From contig CALUYV010000001.1 in NCBI GenBank assembly GCA_944325095.1, positions 1 to 63,793 on the forward strand: a stretch of 63,793 bases of DNA, in the 5' to 3' direction. The first letter of the stretch is position 1. Each line of letters begins with the position of its first letter. This DNA comes from Candidatus Gastranaerophilales bacterium (GTDB lineage Bacteria; Cyanobacteriota; Vampirovibrionia; Gastranaerophilales; Gastranaerophilaceae). A program made the position numbers and the translations under genes. Positions 28,885-38,722 of this stretch are shown here, piece by piece. Under the pieces are notes generated by a model. It had not been told where the DNA came from and did not search any database. It saw only the letters and a list, made by a program, of their open reading frames with translations.

Positions 28885-29547
28885 ATGATAAAATTGGTGA
28901 TTTTTGATTTAGACGGTACGCTTTTGAATACATTGGAGGATTTGGCGGATAGTACCAATTATGCGCTAAAAACTCTGGGTTTTCCGCCGAGAACTATTGA
29001 TGAGGTTCGTAATTTTGTGGGTAATGGTGTGGCAAAATTAATCGAGCGGGCAATTCCCAAAGGCAGAGAAAATGAAAAATTTGAAGAATGTCTTGAAATT
29101 TTTAAAAAAAACTATGCTCAAAATATGAATAATAAAACCATGCCTTATGACGGGATAATTAATCTTTTAAAAAATTTAAAGTCTAAAAATTATAAAATTG
29201 CTGTAGTTTCCAATAAATTTGATGCAGCAGTTAAAGGTTTGTGCCGGAAATATTTTCCGGATTTAATTGATGCTGCAATCGGCGAAAACGAAAAACTCGG
29301 CATAAGAAAAAAACCTGCGCCTGATACAGTTAATCAGGTGTTGAAAGAGTTTCAAATTATGAATACGCAGGCGGTTTATGTCGGAGATTCCGAAGTTGAT
29401 ATTCAGACTGCGGAAAATGCAAATATGAAGTGTATCAGTGTTGTATGGGGATTTAAGGACAGAGATTTTTTGTCAAAACATAATGCACGGATAATTGTAA
29501 ATTCACCTGAGGAAATATTAACTATACTGGAAAACGAGAATAGGTAA
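28885..29547 (+). CDS. HAD-superfamily phosphatase (phosphoglycolate phosphatase-like)
   Basis: DxDxT motif [17 protein letters not shown] (motif II) and [10 protein letters not shown] (motif IV). ATG 28885 has an AAGAGGA SD; the track begins at TTG 28879. Confidence 0.7.
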   Translation: MIKLVIFDLDGTLLNTLEDLADSTNYALKTLGFPPRTIDEVRNFVGNGVAKLIERAIPKGRENEKFEECLEIFKKNYAQNMNNKTMPYDGIINLLKNLKSKNYKIAVVSNKFDAAVKGLCRKYFPDLIDAAIGENEKLGIRKKPAPDTVNQVLKEFQIMNTQAVYVGDSEVDIQTAENANMKCISVVWGFKDRDFLSKHNARIIVNSPEEILTILENENR

Positions 29548-29605
29548 ATCGTACAATACCTCCATTAAAATTTTGAAGTATATTCTGTTAAAAATGGGGG
29601 TGCAA

Positions 29606-30877
29606 ATGACAACACAGATTAAAGAAGTACATGCCCGTCCGATATTGGATTCACGGGGAAATCCGACACTTGAGGTTGAAGTAAAACTTTTTTCCGGAGT
29701 TACCGGTATTGCTTCTGTTCCTTCAGGAGCCTCCCGTGGAAAGTATGAAGCGATAGAACTGCGTGACAATGAACAGGAATATAGCGGCAGAGGTGTGCAA
29801 AGTGCAATAAATAATGTTAACCAGATTATTGCGCCGGTACTGGTGAATAAAAATGTTTTAAACCAGTATTTAATAGACAGAACACTTATTAAACTGGATG
29901 GTACTCCGAATAAAAGCAGGCTTGGTGCAAATGCAATCCTCGGGGTTTCTCTGGCATGTGCAAGAGCCGGTGCTGATTATTACGGAATACCGTTATTTAT
30001 GTATCTTGGAGGTTTGAATGCATGTACTATGCCGACTCCGATGATAAATATTTTAAACGGCGGAGTTCATGCCGGCAACAATCTTGCAATGCAGGAATTT
30101 ATGATAGCACCGGTCGGCGCAAAAAGTTTTTCTGAGGCATTAAGGATGGGAGCGGAAGTTTTTTATTCGTTGAAAACTTTGCTGATAAAAAACGGTCTTT
30201 CTACCGGTGTCGGAGATGAAGGCGGATATTCCCCGAATTTGAACAAAAATTCCGAGGCCATTGAATTAATTATTGAAGCAATAAAAGAAGCAAAATATAC
30301 AACAAATGATATAAAAATTTGTCTTGATGTTGCTTCAAGCGAATTTTATAATAACGGCAGATATTTTATAAACGATTATGCTTATACAAGTGAAGAATTT
30401 GTAAATATTTTGGAAGGTCTTGTAAATAAATATCCTATAATTTCGATAGAAGATGGTATGAGTCAGGATGACTGGGACGGCTGGAAACTTTTGACGAAAA
30501 AAATCGGAAACCGCTGCCAGCTTGTCGGAGATGATTTATTTGTTACAAATATTTTCAGAATACGGACGGGTATCGAAAAAAATTCTGCAAATTCCGTCCT
30601 TATAAAATTAAATCAAATAGGAACGGTATCAGAAACACTTGAGGCAATAAATTACGCAAAGAGTAAAAATTATACAACTATAATTTCTCATCGCTCTGGA
30701 GAAACTGAAGATACTTTTATTGCGGATTTAGCGGTTGCAGTAAACAGCGGTTTAATAAAAACCGGCTCGCTTGCGCGCAGCGAAAGAGTTGCAAAATATA
30801 ACAGGCTGTTGAAAATAGAAGAAATTTTGGGGATAAAAGCATCTTATCTCGGGTTATCCGCTTTTAATCCAAAATAG
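29606..30877 (+). CDS. eno: enolase (phosphopyruvate hydratase)
   Basis: Motifs [39 protein letters not shown], the [12 protein letters not shown] signature and [17 protein letters not shown]. Confidence 0.95.
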   Translation: MTTQIKEVHARPILDSRGNPTLEVEVKLFSGVTGIASVPSGASRGKYEAIELRDNEQEYSGRGVQSAINNVNQIIAPVLVNKNVLNQYLIDRTLIKLDGTPNKSRLGANAILGVSLACARAGADYYGIPLFMYLGGLNACTMPTPMINILNGGVHAGNNLAMQEFMIAPVGAKSFSEALRMGAEVFYSLKTLLIKNGLSTGVGDEGGYSPNLNKNSEAIELIIEAIKEAKYTTNDIKICLDVASSEFYNNGRYFINDYAYTSEEFVNILEGLVNKYPIISIEDGMSQDDWDGWKLLTKKIGNRCQLVGDDLFVTNIFRIRTGIEKNSANSVLIKLNQIGTVSETLEAINYAKSKNYTTIISHRSGETEDTFIADLAVAVNSGLIKTGSLARSERVAKYNRLLKIEEILGIKASYLGLSAFNPK

Positions 30878-30898
30878 TTTCAATACATAAAAAATAAA

Positions 30899-30926
30899 CC
30901 CCCTAAAATTTATATATTTTAGGGGG
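30899..30926. terminator. bidirectional intrinsic terminator after eno and the convergent 30949 gene
   Basis: 11-bp stem ccccctaaaat / attttaggggg with a 6-nt loop and T-rich flanks on both strands. Confidence 0.75.
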
Positions 30927-30948
30927 TCATTCAGTTTTTGTCAGTAGT

Positions 30949-31368
30949 TTAAATATTGTTTTTTTGTTCAAAGTTTTTTCTGATATTCTTTTTAACTTTT
31001 TCTAAGTTTTTGATTTTCTTTTCTGCCTGTTTAATTTTCTTTTTAGCAAGTTTTCTGTCTGCTTTTGTTGTTTCGTATTGGTTATCTATTTTTGCATAAT
31101 CTGTTCTGTATTCAAGCAATTTGTTGCGCATTTCTACCTGAGCATTATCTATTTGCAATATTGCGTTTTGCATTTTTACGCCGCCTGTTACCTGACTCGG
31201 ATCTAACAATACATTTCCGTCAGTATCGGTTGTTATGGCTGCTGCTTTAGATGCTGAATTTACAGATGTGCTGTCACTGAAATTCAATGGTGTAAATTGT
31301 GTTGTTTCTGCAAATGCTGCACCACTTGCCAAAAGTAATCCCAGTATTATAACGGATAATTTTTTCAT
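30949..31368 (-). CDS. secreted coiled-coil protein (hypothetical)
   Basis: Signal peptide MKKLSVIILGLLLASGAAFA after a GGAGG SD. The C-terminal half is K-rich and coiled-coil-like. The track start (31401) lies upstream of the SD-supported ATG. Confidence 0.45.
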   Translation of the reverse strand: MKKLSVIILGLLLASGAAFAETTQFTPLNFSDSTSVNSASKAAAITTDTDGNVLLDPSQVTGGVKMQNAILQIDNAQVEMRNKLLEYRTDYAKIDNQYETTKADRKLAKKKIKQAEKKIKNLEKVKKNIRKNFEQKNNI

Positions 31369-31503
31369 ATTTTTTCCTCCCCGTACGATAGTTAACCTCA
31401 TTTAATAATACTAGTATATTTTTCGCAAAATATAAAGAAATTTACATAATTTAATATCAAAAAATTTATGTGTTATTATATTTTCAATATAGGATTTGGT
31501 GAG

Positions 31504-33861
31504 ATGAAGAAAGAATGGATTATAGAAAATAATTACGGTAATGAAAAATCATTATTAAAAAGACTGTTATATTCGCGTGGAATTAAAACCGAGGAAGAAA
31601 TAAACGAATTTTTAAATCCGCTTGAGATGAATTTGACTTCTCCGAATGTTTTTACCGATATGGAAAAAGCGGTTAATCGTATTGCCTGTGCGATTGAAAA
31701 TAACGAAGTTATAGTGATTTACGGGGATTTTGATGCTGACGGAGTTACTTCTACTTCGGTGTTATACAAGACTTTAAAATATCTCGGAGCTAATGTTCAT
31801 TATTTTATTCCTGATAGAGAAAATGAAGGTCACGGTTTTGATAATACAGCATTAATAAAACTCATGACAACAATTAAACCCAAAGTGCTGATTTCGGTTG
31901 ATTGCGGAATTTCAGATGTTGAACAGGTTAAATTTATTAATAGTTTTAGAATGATTGATGTAATTATTACAGATCACCACGAAGCACCGGAAGTTTTGCC
32001 GGAGGCTTATGCAATTATTAATCCAAAGGCTCCGGATGCGCTGGATTCATCATTAGGAGCAAAACAGATTGAATATTTAACATATCTTGCAGGCTGCGGG
32101 GTTGCTTTTAAAGTTGCTCAGGCACTGCTTGCCAGATATCAAAAAACTGAATTTATATATGAAATTCTGCCTTTTGTTGCTGTCGGTACGGTTGCTGATG
32201 TTGTTCCTCTGCTGGGTGAAAACAGATATTTTGTAGCAAAAGGTTTGGAATTGATTTCAAAAGGCAGGCATGAAGGTTTGAAAATGCTTTTGGAAAGTGC
32301 CGGATATGATATTACAAAAGGAGTTACTGCTGAAAATATTGCTTTCGGGGTTGCGCCGAGGATAAATGCTTCAGGAAGGCTGGATACTGTTGATGCGGCA
32401 CTTAAGGTTTTGATTTCGGATAATATGCAGGAAGTTGCCATGTCTGTTCAGGCTTTGAACGAGTTTAACAAAATCCGTCAGACATTGTGTCAGGATACTT
32501 TTTTACAGGCGGATGAGATGGTTAAAAAAGAAGGCAACAGAAACCCTGCAATTATTTTGTACAGTGAAAACTGGCATATAGGTATTATTGGAATTGTTGC
32601 TTCAAAACTTGTTGAAAAATATTATAAACCCGTTTTTCTTATGACTTATGTCAAAGAAAAAGATCAGTTCAGATGTTCTGCAAGGAGTATTGAGGGTGTT
32701 CCGTTGTATGATGTTCTGGCCGCAAATGCGGAATTGTTTGACAATTTCGGCGGGCACAAACTGGCGGCAGGTCTTGGTTTTACGGGAGCTAAAACATCTT
32801 TCGATGTTGTTAAAAAGGCACTCAATACAACAATAAAAGAATATACATCAACAAATGATTTAAAACCGTTTATAAATGTTGATATGCTTGTTGAACCTCA
32901 GGATGTGACGGTTGATCTGGTGGAAGAAATTTCTAAACTTGAGCCATTCGGTGCATCAAACAGAAGTCCTGTATTTGCGATGAATAACTTGAAAGTTACT
33001 CAGAAAAAACTTATGGGGTCTGATAATTCTCATCTGCGGCTGAATGTTTCATCAGGCAGCAGGGAATTTACGGTTATCTGGTGGAAGCATGGAGATATTT
33101 GTTTGAAATCAGGCGACAGTATGGATCTTGCGTTTCACCCGCAGATTAATGAATTTAACGGAGAAATATCGGTTCAATTGATTGCGGATGATATACATTC
33201 TGAAGTTCTGGATGCAAATGAGCCTGTCAGCACCTGCCGGTACAAAATTAATGACTGCCGCGGTAAAACAGGAATTTTATCCAATGTAAATGACTATATA
33301 AAAAATTCAGGCAGAATAATAAAAATATTTGCTGAAAGTAAACCGATAAAAGACAGTTTAAAATCTTTTGCTGCGATTTTTGATAATATTTTTACCCGTC
33401 AGGATATTCCGGAATGTGAAGATTTAATATTTTTTGACTATCCTGCAGATAGGGAAACTCTGGATTTAATTCTTGATAAAACGCATGCCAAAAGGCTTCA
33501 TTTTATGAGTTATGAACAAAAAATTTACGATGAACGGGATTTTTTCAATACTTTTTCCAAAATGCTAAAATATGCCTGCCATAATAACGGCGGAAAGGTT
33601 GAACTCATCAGGTGTGCAAGTTTTCTGGGCAAATCGGTAGAGGTTATTGAAATGATTTTGGCTTTATATGCCGAAATAGGCTTTATTAATATCATTGATA
33701 AAACACCTTTATCTTACACAATTGAATTTGTTGAAATGGATGATATGAATAAAATTTGGAATAATCCGCATTATACATCTATTTATGACAAAATAATGGA
33801 ATGTGAAGAGTTCCAGAAATCCTTGCTGGAAAATGAATTAAAAGAGGTTTTGCAGGTTTAA
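31504..33861 (+). CDS. recJ: single-stranded-DNA-specific exonuclease RecJ
   Basis: DHH-family motifs GDFDADGVTS, DCG, ITDHHE and GGHKLAAG (DHHA1), with a long C-terminal extension. The start is uncertain (31468 or 31504). Confidence 0.9.
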   Translation: MKKEWIIENNYGNEKSLLKRLLYSRGIKTEEEINEFLNPLEMNLTSPNVFTDMEKAVNRIACAIENNEVIVIYGDFDADGVTSTSVLYKTLKYLGANVHYFIPDRENEGHGFDNTALIKLMTTIKPKVLISVDCGISDVEQVKFINSFRMIDVIITDHHEAPEVLPEAYAIINPKAPDALDSSLGAKQIEYLTYLAGCGVAFKVAQALLARYQKTEFIYEILPFVAVGTVADVVPLLGENRYFVAKGLELISKGRHEGLKMLLESAGYDITKGVTAENIAFGVAPRINASGRLDTVDAALKVLISDNMQEVAMSVQALNEFNKIRQTLCQDTFLQADEMVKKEGNRNPAIILYSENWHIGIIGIVASKLVEKYYKPVFLMTYVKEKDQFRCSARSIEGVPLYDVLAANAELFDNFGGHKLAAGLGFTGAKTSFDVVKKALNTTIKEYTSTNDLKPFINVDMLVEPQDVTVDLVEEISKLEPFGASNRSPVFAMNNLKVTQKKLMGSDNSHLRLNVSSGSREFTVIWWKHGDICLKSGDSMDLAFHPQINEFNGEISVQLIADDIHSEVLDANEPVSTCRYKINDCRGKTGILSNVNDYIKNSGRIIKIFAESKPIKDSLKSFAAIFDNIFTRQDIPECEDLIFFDYPADRETLDLILDKTHAKRLHFMSYEQKIYDERDFFNTFSKMLKYACHNNGGKVELIRCASFLGKSVEVIEMILALYAEIGFINIIDKTPLSYTIEFVEMDDMNKIWNNPHYTSIYDKIMECEEFQKSLLENELKEVLQV

Positions 33862-33883
33862 TTACCTCTGAGAATAAAGATAG

Positions 33884-33906
33884 GCCAGTATCAGGGAGAT
33901 ACTGGC
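33884..33906. terminator. hairpin between recJ and the convergent TolC-like gene (probable terminator)
   Basis: 9-bp stem gccagtatc / gatactggc with a 5-nt loop. The T-tracts are weak. Confidence 0.45.
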
Positions 33907-33937
33907 GTTTAGTAAGTAAAAATATGATTAAGATTTA

Positions 33938-35335
33938 TTATAGCTGCGTTCCTGTAACTTTATACAGTTCAATGTAATTTACAAGACAATTAATTTTGTC
34001 ATTTACTGCCATTTGATCTGTATATAGCACATTTTCTTTTACCTGAACCAGATCTAATTTTGATATGGTTCCTTCATTATATTTATTTGTGCTGTAACCG
34101 AAATCTTCTCTTTCAAGAAGTGCACGTTTTTGTGTATCGGCATATTTTTCTTCGTCAAGTTTTATTGAAACCAGAGTATCATTAACTTCTTGTATTGCAG
34201 TTAAGTTTGTCTGGTAATATTTATTTAAAACTCTTTCATATACATCTTTTTTAAGTTTTAAATTTGCTAATCTGCGTCCGCCGGTGAATATCGGTAGATT
34301 TAAGCCTCCGCCGAGCATCGCAAGAGCGTTTTTGGTTGACCATAAACTTCCGAAATCATTTGCAAGGAAAAATGCGATAGCACTGATATTGATTGTCGGT
34401 AAAAATTCTTTTCTTGCAACTTTGACATCAATACCTGATTTTTCAACCATTTTTTCTGCTTTAATATAATCAGGTCTTTGCATGATTACATCTGATGATA
34501 TTTCTGTCGGAATTACCCCTGAGAAATTTAAACTGTCATAAGATGTTCTTTGCAGTTTTTCTGAATTGTTAGGATTTTCTCCAATAAGAACAGCCAACTG
34601 GTTTAATAATTTTGTTCTGTTCTTTTTGTATTCGGTTAAATCAGAATTTCCGGCAATATATGATTTGTTTGCTTTAACTGTATCGGCGGTTGAAGTTAAA
34701 CCTTCTTTATTTCTTGCCAGCATTAATTCATATATTAATTTTCTGTCCTGAACAATTTGTTCCTGTAATTCTATCATTTTATCAAGTTTTACAATATTTA
34801 AGTAAGTTGTTCCGACAGCAGAAGCAATTGCTATATATGCTGCTCGCTCATCCTGCAGAGAGCCTTCATATTCTTTTTTTGAGGCTGTTGTTTTGTTGTG
34901 GTTTTTCCCGAACAAATCAAGTTCGTAATTTGCGATTGCAGGTGTTGCAAAGCCCCAATCGGAACTGCTTGTGGCCGGCATTTTGCTGTAACCTGCGCCA
35001 AAACCTACATTTGCCATCGGTAATTCATTTGCAAACTGAATTTTTATTGCCTGATAATATTCATCAACAGCAATAGTTGCCATTTTTAAATCGTAATTAT
35101 TTTTTATTGCTTTATCTATATATCCTGTCAAAATGCTGTCATTGAAATTTGACCACCAGTCATAATTAATATATTGATATTTAAATTCGTCACTTTTTTC
35201 TCTCATTTTATGACTTTTGGATATTGAAACTTTTTTAGGTTCATTTTTTTTATTGCCTATTGCCAAGCATGCCGCAGGTGATAAACTATTTATTATAAAA
35301 CTTGCTAACAGCAGTGTAATTATCTTCTTTTTCAA
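33938..35335 (-). CDS. outer-membrane efflux factor, TolC/NodT-family lipoprotein
   Basis: 465 aa. Signal peptide with a lipobox-like LSPAAC, and two OEP-type repeat halves with a long helical character. Confidence 0.75.
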   Translation of the reverse strand: MKKKIITLLLASFIINSLSPAACLAIGNKKNEPKKVSISKSHKMREKSDEFKYQYINYDWWSNFNDSILTGYIDKAIKNNYDLKMATIAVDEYYQAIKIQFANELPMANVGFGAGYSKMPATSSSDWGFATPAIANYELDLFGKNHNKTTASKKEYEGSLQDERAAYIAIASAVGTTYLNIVKLDKMIELQEQIVQDRKLIYELMLARNKEGLTSTADTVKANKSYIAGNSDLTEYKKNRTKLLNQLAVLIGENPNNSEKLQRTSYDSLNFSGVIPTEISSDVIMQRPDYIKAEKMVEKSGIDVKVARKEFLPTINISAIAFFLANDFGSLWSTKNALAMLGGGLNLPIFTGGRRLANLKLKKDVYERVLNKYYQTNLTAIQEVNDTLVSIKLDEEKYADTQKRALLEREDFGYSTNKYNEGTISKLDLVQVKENVLYTDQMAVNDKINCLVNYIELYKVTGTQL

Positions 35336-35393
35336 TTTTATACCTCTTCAAAATAATACTTGCAATTTATCTGATAGTATGATAGCATAATAT

Positions 35394-35409
35394 TGTTGCA
35401 AATGCAACA
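35394..35409. promoter_or_regulatory. 16-bp palindrome TGTTGCA-aa-TGCAACA (candidate MarR operator)
   Basis: Perfect 7-2-7 inverted repeat in the 114-bp divergent region between the TolC-like gene and marR. It lies immediately 3' of a TAATAT -10-like box (35388-35393). Confidence 0.45.
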
Positions 35410-35449
35410 TATTAATTTTACAACATATAGAAAAATCTAGACTAAGGTT

Positions 35450-35911
35450 ATGGAAAAAGCGAAGCATTATATAGATTCTATCTTTTATCAGTTTGAACAA
35501 ACAGCTAAATATTGCAGATATTTGTCTGTGCAGATATTTCAAAAATTGGACATGGGATTAACTTTTGATGAGTTTATTACATTGGATACAATTGATGCAA
35601 ACGAATGTATCTGCCAACGTGAACTTGCAAAATTAATATTAAAAGACAGAGCAAGTACGGGCAGACTTCTTTGTTCGCTGGAGGATAAAGGATATATAGA
35701 ACGTTTTGTTGATACGAAAAACAACAGGCTTGTCCGTAAAATGAAAATATCGGATAGCGGGAGAGAGGTTCTTGTTGAAATTACACAAAGACTGAAAGTT
35801 TATATCGCTAAACTTCCGAAAATCCTGTCAGAAGAGGATAAAGAAGTTTTAATACAGTCTATAATTAATTTCAGACACAATATAGAAAAAGAAGTACAAA
35901 TGAATATATAA
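35450..35911 (+). CDS. MarR-family transcriptional regulator
   Basis: 153 aa. wHTH region LTFDEFITLDTIDANECICQRELAKLILKDRASTGRLLCSLEDKGYIER. Sits upstream of emrAB-like genes. Confidence 0.8.
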   Translation: MEKAKHYIDSIFYQFEQTAKYCRYLSVQIFQKLDMGLTFDEFITLDTIDANECICQRELAKLILKDRASTGRLLCSLEDKGYIERFVDTKNNRLVRKMKISDSGREVLVEITQRLKVYIAKLPKILSEEDKEVLIQSIINFRHNIEKEVQMNI

Positions 35912-35925
35912 ATGAGGTTATAAAA

Positions 35926-36936
35926 ATGGAAGAAAACACTAAAGAACAGCAGACGAATGAAGTTCAAGAAGAAAAACCGCACAGAAAAGGCGTTAAAAGA
36001 ACTATTGCATTTGTTATAATTGCAGGATTACTTGTCGGCGCAGGATTTTATATAGCGCATGAAATGCATTATCAATCAACGGATGATGCGTATGTGGAAA
36101 CAACAACGGTAAATGTTGCGCCCCGTGTTTCAGGGCAAATAGAAGAGGTTTATATAACCGATAACCAGCATGTTAAAGCAGGTGATTTGATAGCGGTTAT
36201 TGATGATGCAGATTATAAAGTTAAATTAGAACAGGCTGAATCTGCTTATGAAAAAATCAAATTAGACCAGTCAAATGCACAGGCAAATCTTGTTGCTGCA
36301 GAATCTGCAATTGCACTTGCAAAGAAAGATTTAGACAGATACAGCAATTTGTATGAGCAGGGTGCAGTTTCCAAACAGACATACGATGCCGCTAAGGTTA
36401 AATATGATGAAGCGCAGGCCGGATTAACCCGTGCAAATCAGGCATTATTTTCCGATAATACAGGAAAAACTGTTGCCGATGCTGATTTGAGAACTGCAAA
36501 AGCAGCCAGAGATAAGGCAGCATTAGATTTATCTTATACAAAAATATATGCTCCGCAGAATGGTACTGTTTCATCCCGCAGAGTTGAAAAAGGTATGTAT
36601 GTAACCGCAGGTTCTCCATTGTTTACTCTTGTTCCGGAAAATGTATGGGTAGTTGCTAACTTTAAAGAAAACCAGTTAAGACACATGCATCCGGGACAGC
36701 CTGTTGCAATCAAAGTTGATACATATCCGAATAAAATCTTCCAGGGAAAAATCGACAGTATTCAAAGAGCATCCGGTGCAAAATCAAGTTTGTTCCCGCC
36801 TGAAAATGCTGTAGGTTCATTTGTAAAAATCGTTCAGAGAATACCTGTTAAAATTGTATTCACAGAAGAAATTAATCCTGAAGAATATAACATTGTTCCG
36901 GGTATGTCTGTTGTGCCGAAAGTAAAAGTTAAGTAA
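35926..36936 (+). CDS. HlyD/EmrA-family membrane fusion protein
   Basis: N-terminal TM, a lipoyl-like motif (VAPRVSGQIEEVYITDNQHVKAGDLIAVID), a coiled-coil hairpin, and YTKIYAPQNGTVS. Confidence 0.85.
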   Translation: MEENTKEQQTNEVQEEKPHRKGVKRTIAFVIIAGLLVGAGFYIAHEMHYQSTDDAYVETTTVNVAPRVSGQIEEVYITDNQHVKAGDLIAVIDDADYKVKLEQAESAYEKIKLDQSNAQANLVAAESAIALAKKDLDRYSNLYEQGAVSKQTYDAAKVKYDEAQAGLTRANQALFSDNTGKTVADADLRTAKAARDKAALDLSYTKIYAPQNGTVSSRRVEKGMYVTAGSPLFTLVPENVWVVANFKENQLRHMHPGQPVAIKVDTYPNKIFQGKIDSIQRASGAKSSLFPPENAVGSFVKIVQRIPVKIVFTEEINPEEYNIVPGMSVVPKVKVK

Positions 36937-37007
36937 GTAGATAGATTATTTGTTTGATAAAAAAGAATATCGGCATTATATTGTCGGTATTCTTTCATAA
37001 AGAGGGG

Positions 37008-38585
37008 AAAATGTCTGAAGAAATAAAAGTAAATGCTGTACAGCCGGATGATGAGAATAAATATTTGCCGGAAAATCCGTGGATATCAGCAGTACCTACA
37101 TTATTAGCGGTATTTATATATGTTATAGACGGAACAATTGCGAATGTTGCACTTCCGTATATGGCAGGGAGTTTTTCTGCAACAAGAGATGAAAGTATAT
37201 GGATATTAACAAGTTATTTGATTGCCAGCGGTATTATTATTCCGTCTGTCGGTTTTTTCTCTAAATTTTTGGGCAGAAAGAATTTTTATGTAATAAGTAT
37301 TTTGTTATTCACAATAGCCTCTATGCTTTGCGGTCTTGCAAGAAATCTTGGCGAAATGGTTATATTCAGATTTTTGCAAGGGGCAGGCGGCGGCGGAATT
37401 CTGCCTATATCGCAGGCTATTATGATGGAAAGTTTCCCTAAAGAAAAGCGCGGTATGGCAATGTCAGTTTTCGGGATGGGAATTATTATTGCACCTATTA
37501 CGGGGCCTGTTTTAGGCGGCTGGATTACTGATAACTGGTCATGGCCGTGGATATTTTTTATAAATGTTCCGTTCGGGTGTGTTGCGGCTATTCTTGCTCA
37601 TAAATTACTGTTTAATCCGCCTTATGCCCAGAAACAAAAGGGTGTAAAAATGGATTGGCTCGGATTTTTCTTTTTGACTATCTGGCTTTTATGCCTTCAG
37701 GTATTTTTTGATAAAGGAAATAATGCCGACTGGTTCAATGCAACATGGATATGCTGGTTATTCGGTGTTTCGTGTACTGCAGGAATTTGCTTTTTTATTT
37801 CCCAGATTGTCAGAAAAGATACTTTAGTGGATTTGAGTGTATTTAAGGATAAAAATTTTGTTATCGGTACATTTATTCAAGTTGTTATGCAGGCGGTATT
37901 GTATGCTTCTCTTGCAATTTTGCCGCAATTTTTGCAGAGTATGATGGGATATACCGCATTTTTAAGCGGATTTTCCATGATGCCGAGAGGTTTCGGGAGT
38001 TTAACTGCAATGATTATATGTGCTTTGATTGCCGATAAAGTCGATAAGCGGATACTTGTCTGCCTCGGGCTGGCATTTCTGGGCGGTGCCGGATTGTTCT
38101 TCGGATTTTTGAATCTGCAGATATCAAATATAAATATTATGATACCTAATTATTTTATGGGGCTTGGTATGGGGCTTGCTGGTGTTCCGATTATTAACCT
38201 TTCGCTGGAAACATTATCTAATATGCAGATGACCAATGCCAGCGGGCTGCAAAATCTGCTCAAAAATATAGGCAGTGCAATCGGAACTTCTCTTGTTGCG
38301 ACAATGCTGACAAGATTCAGTCAGGTTCACCAGTATATGCTGGTCGGAAATTTGAGTGAGTTGAACAATGCTTTTGTTGAAAGGGTGCAGGCAACGGCTT
38401 CCATGCTTTCGCAATATACAAGCGCATCTATGGCTAATTATATGGCGCAGTATTCTCAGTACGGCGAACTTGTAACCCAGTCAACATTATGGGCATTTAT
38501 GGATTCATTCAGAATCTTCGGACTGCTCTGTATTGTATTAATACCGCTATTATTGCTGTTTAAGAGAAATACGGCTAAATCATGA
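37008..38585 (+). CDS. DHA2 (EmrB/QacA)-family MFS efflux transporter
   Basis: About 14 TM segments. MFS motif A-like GFFSKFLGRKN and motif C-like FRFLQGAGGGGILP. ATG 37008 has an AGAGGGG SD; the track begins at TTG 36954. Confidence 0.85.
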   Translation, partial: KMSEEIKVNAVQPDDENKYLPENPWISAVPTLLAVFIYVIDGTIANVALPYMAGSFSATRDESIWILTSYLIASGIIIPSVGFFSKFLGRKNFYVISILLFTIASMLCGLARNLGEMVIFRFLQGAGGGGILPISQAIMMESFPKEKRGMAMSVFGMGIIIAPITGPVLGGWITDNWSWPWIFFINVPFGCVAAILAHKLLFNPPYAQKQKGVKMDWLGFFFLTIWLLCLQVFFDKGNNADWFNATWICWLFGVSCTAGICFFISQIVRKDTLVDLSVFKDKNFVIGTFIQVVMQAVLYASLAILPQFLQSMMGYTAFLSGFSMMPRGFGSLTAMIICALIADKVDKRILVCLGLAFLGGAGLFFGFLNLQISNINIMIPNYFMGLGMGLAGVPIINLSLETLSNMQMTNASGLQNLLKNIGSAIGTSLVATMLTRFSQVHQYMLVGNLSELNNAFVERVQATASMLSQYTSASMANYMAQYSQYGELVTQSTLWAFMDSFRIFGLLCIVLIPLLLLFKRNTAKS

Positions 38586-38609
38586 TAAATTTTATTGTGA
38601 TTTACAGTA

Positions 38610-38638
38610 TTGCGTTTTTATTTTTTATTATGTATAAT
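38610..38638 (+). promoter_or_regulatory. sigma70-type promoter (TTGCGT-17-TATAAT) upstream of the uORF and SNF2 gene
   Basis: Hand-located hexamers at 38610-38615 and 38633-38638 with a 17-nt spacer. They sit 28 nt upstream of the uORF ATG. Confidence 0.4.
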
Positions 38639-38665
38639 ATGAGCAGAGCGGAGGGGTTACAGAAA

Positions 38666-38722
38666 ATGTCTGTATTAAAGTTGTTCTTCCGCCGGAAAGA
38701 AAGAGATATACTCCATAGATGA
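38666..38722 (+). CDS. 18-codon upstream ORF (MSVLKLFFRRKERDILHR), ATGA-coupled to the SNF2 gene
   Basis: GGAGG at 38650-38654 lies 11 nt before ATG 38666. The stop TGA (38720-38722) overlaps the SNF2 ATG (38719-38721). The SNF2 ATG itself lacks a convincing SD. Confidence 0.35.
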   Translation: MSVLKLFFRRKERDILHR

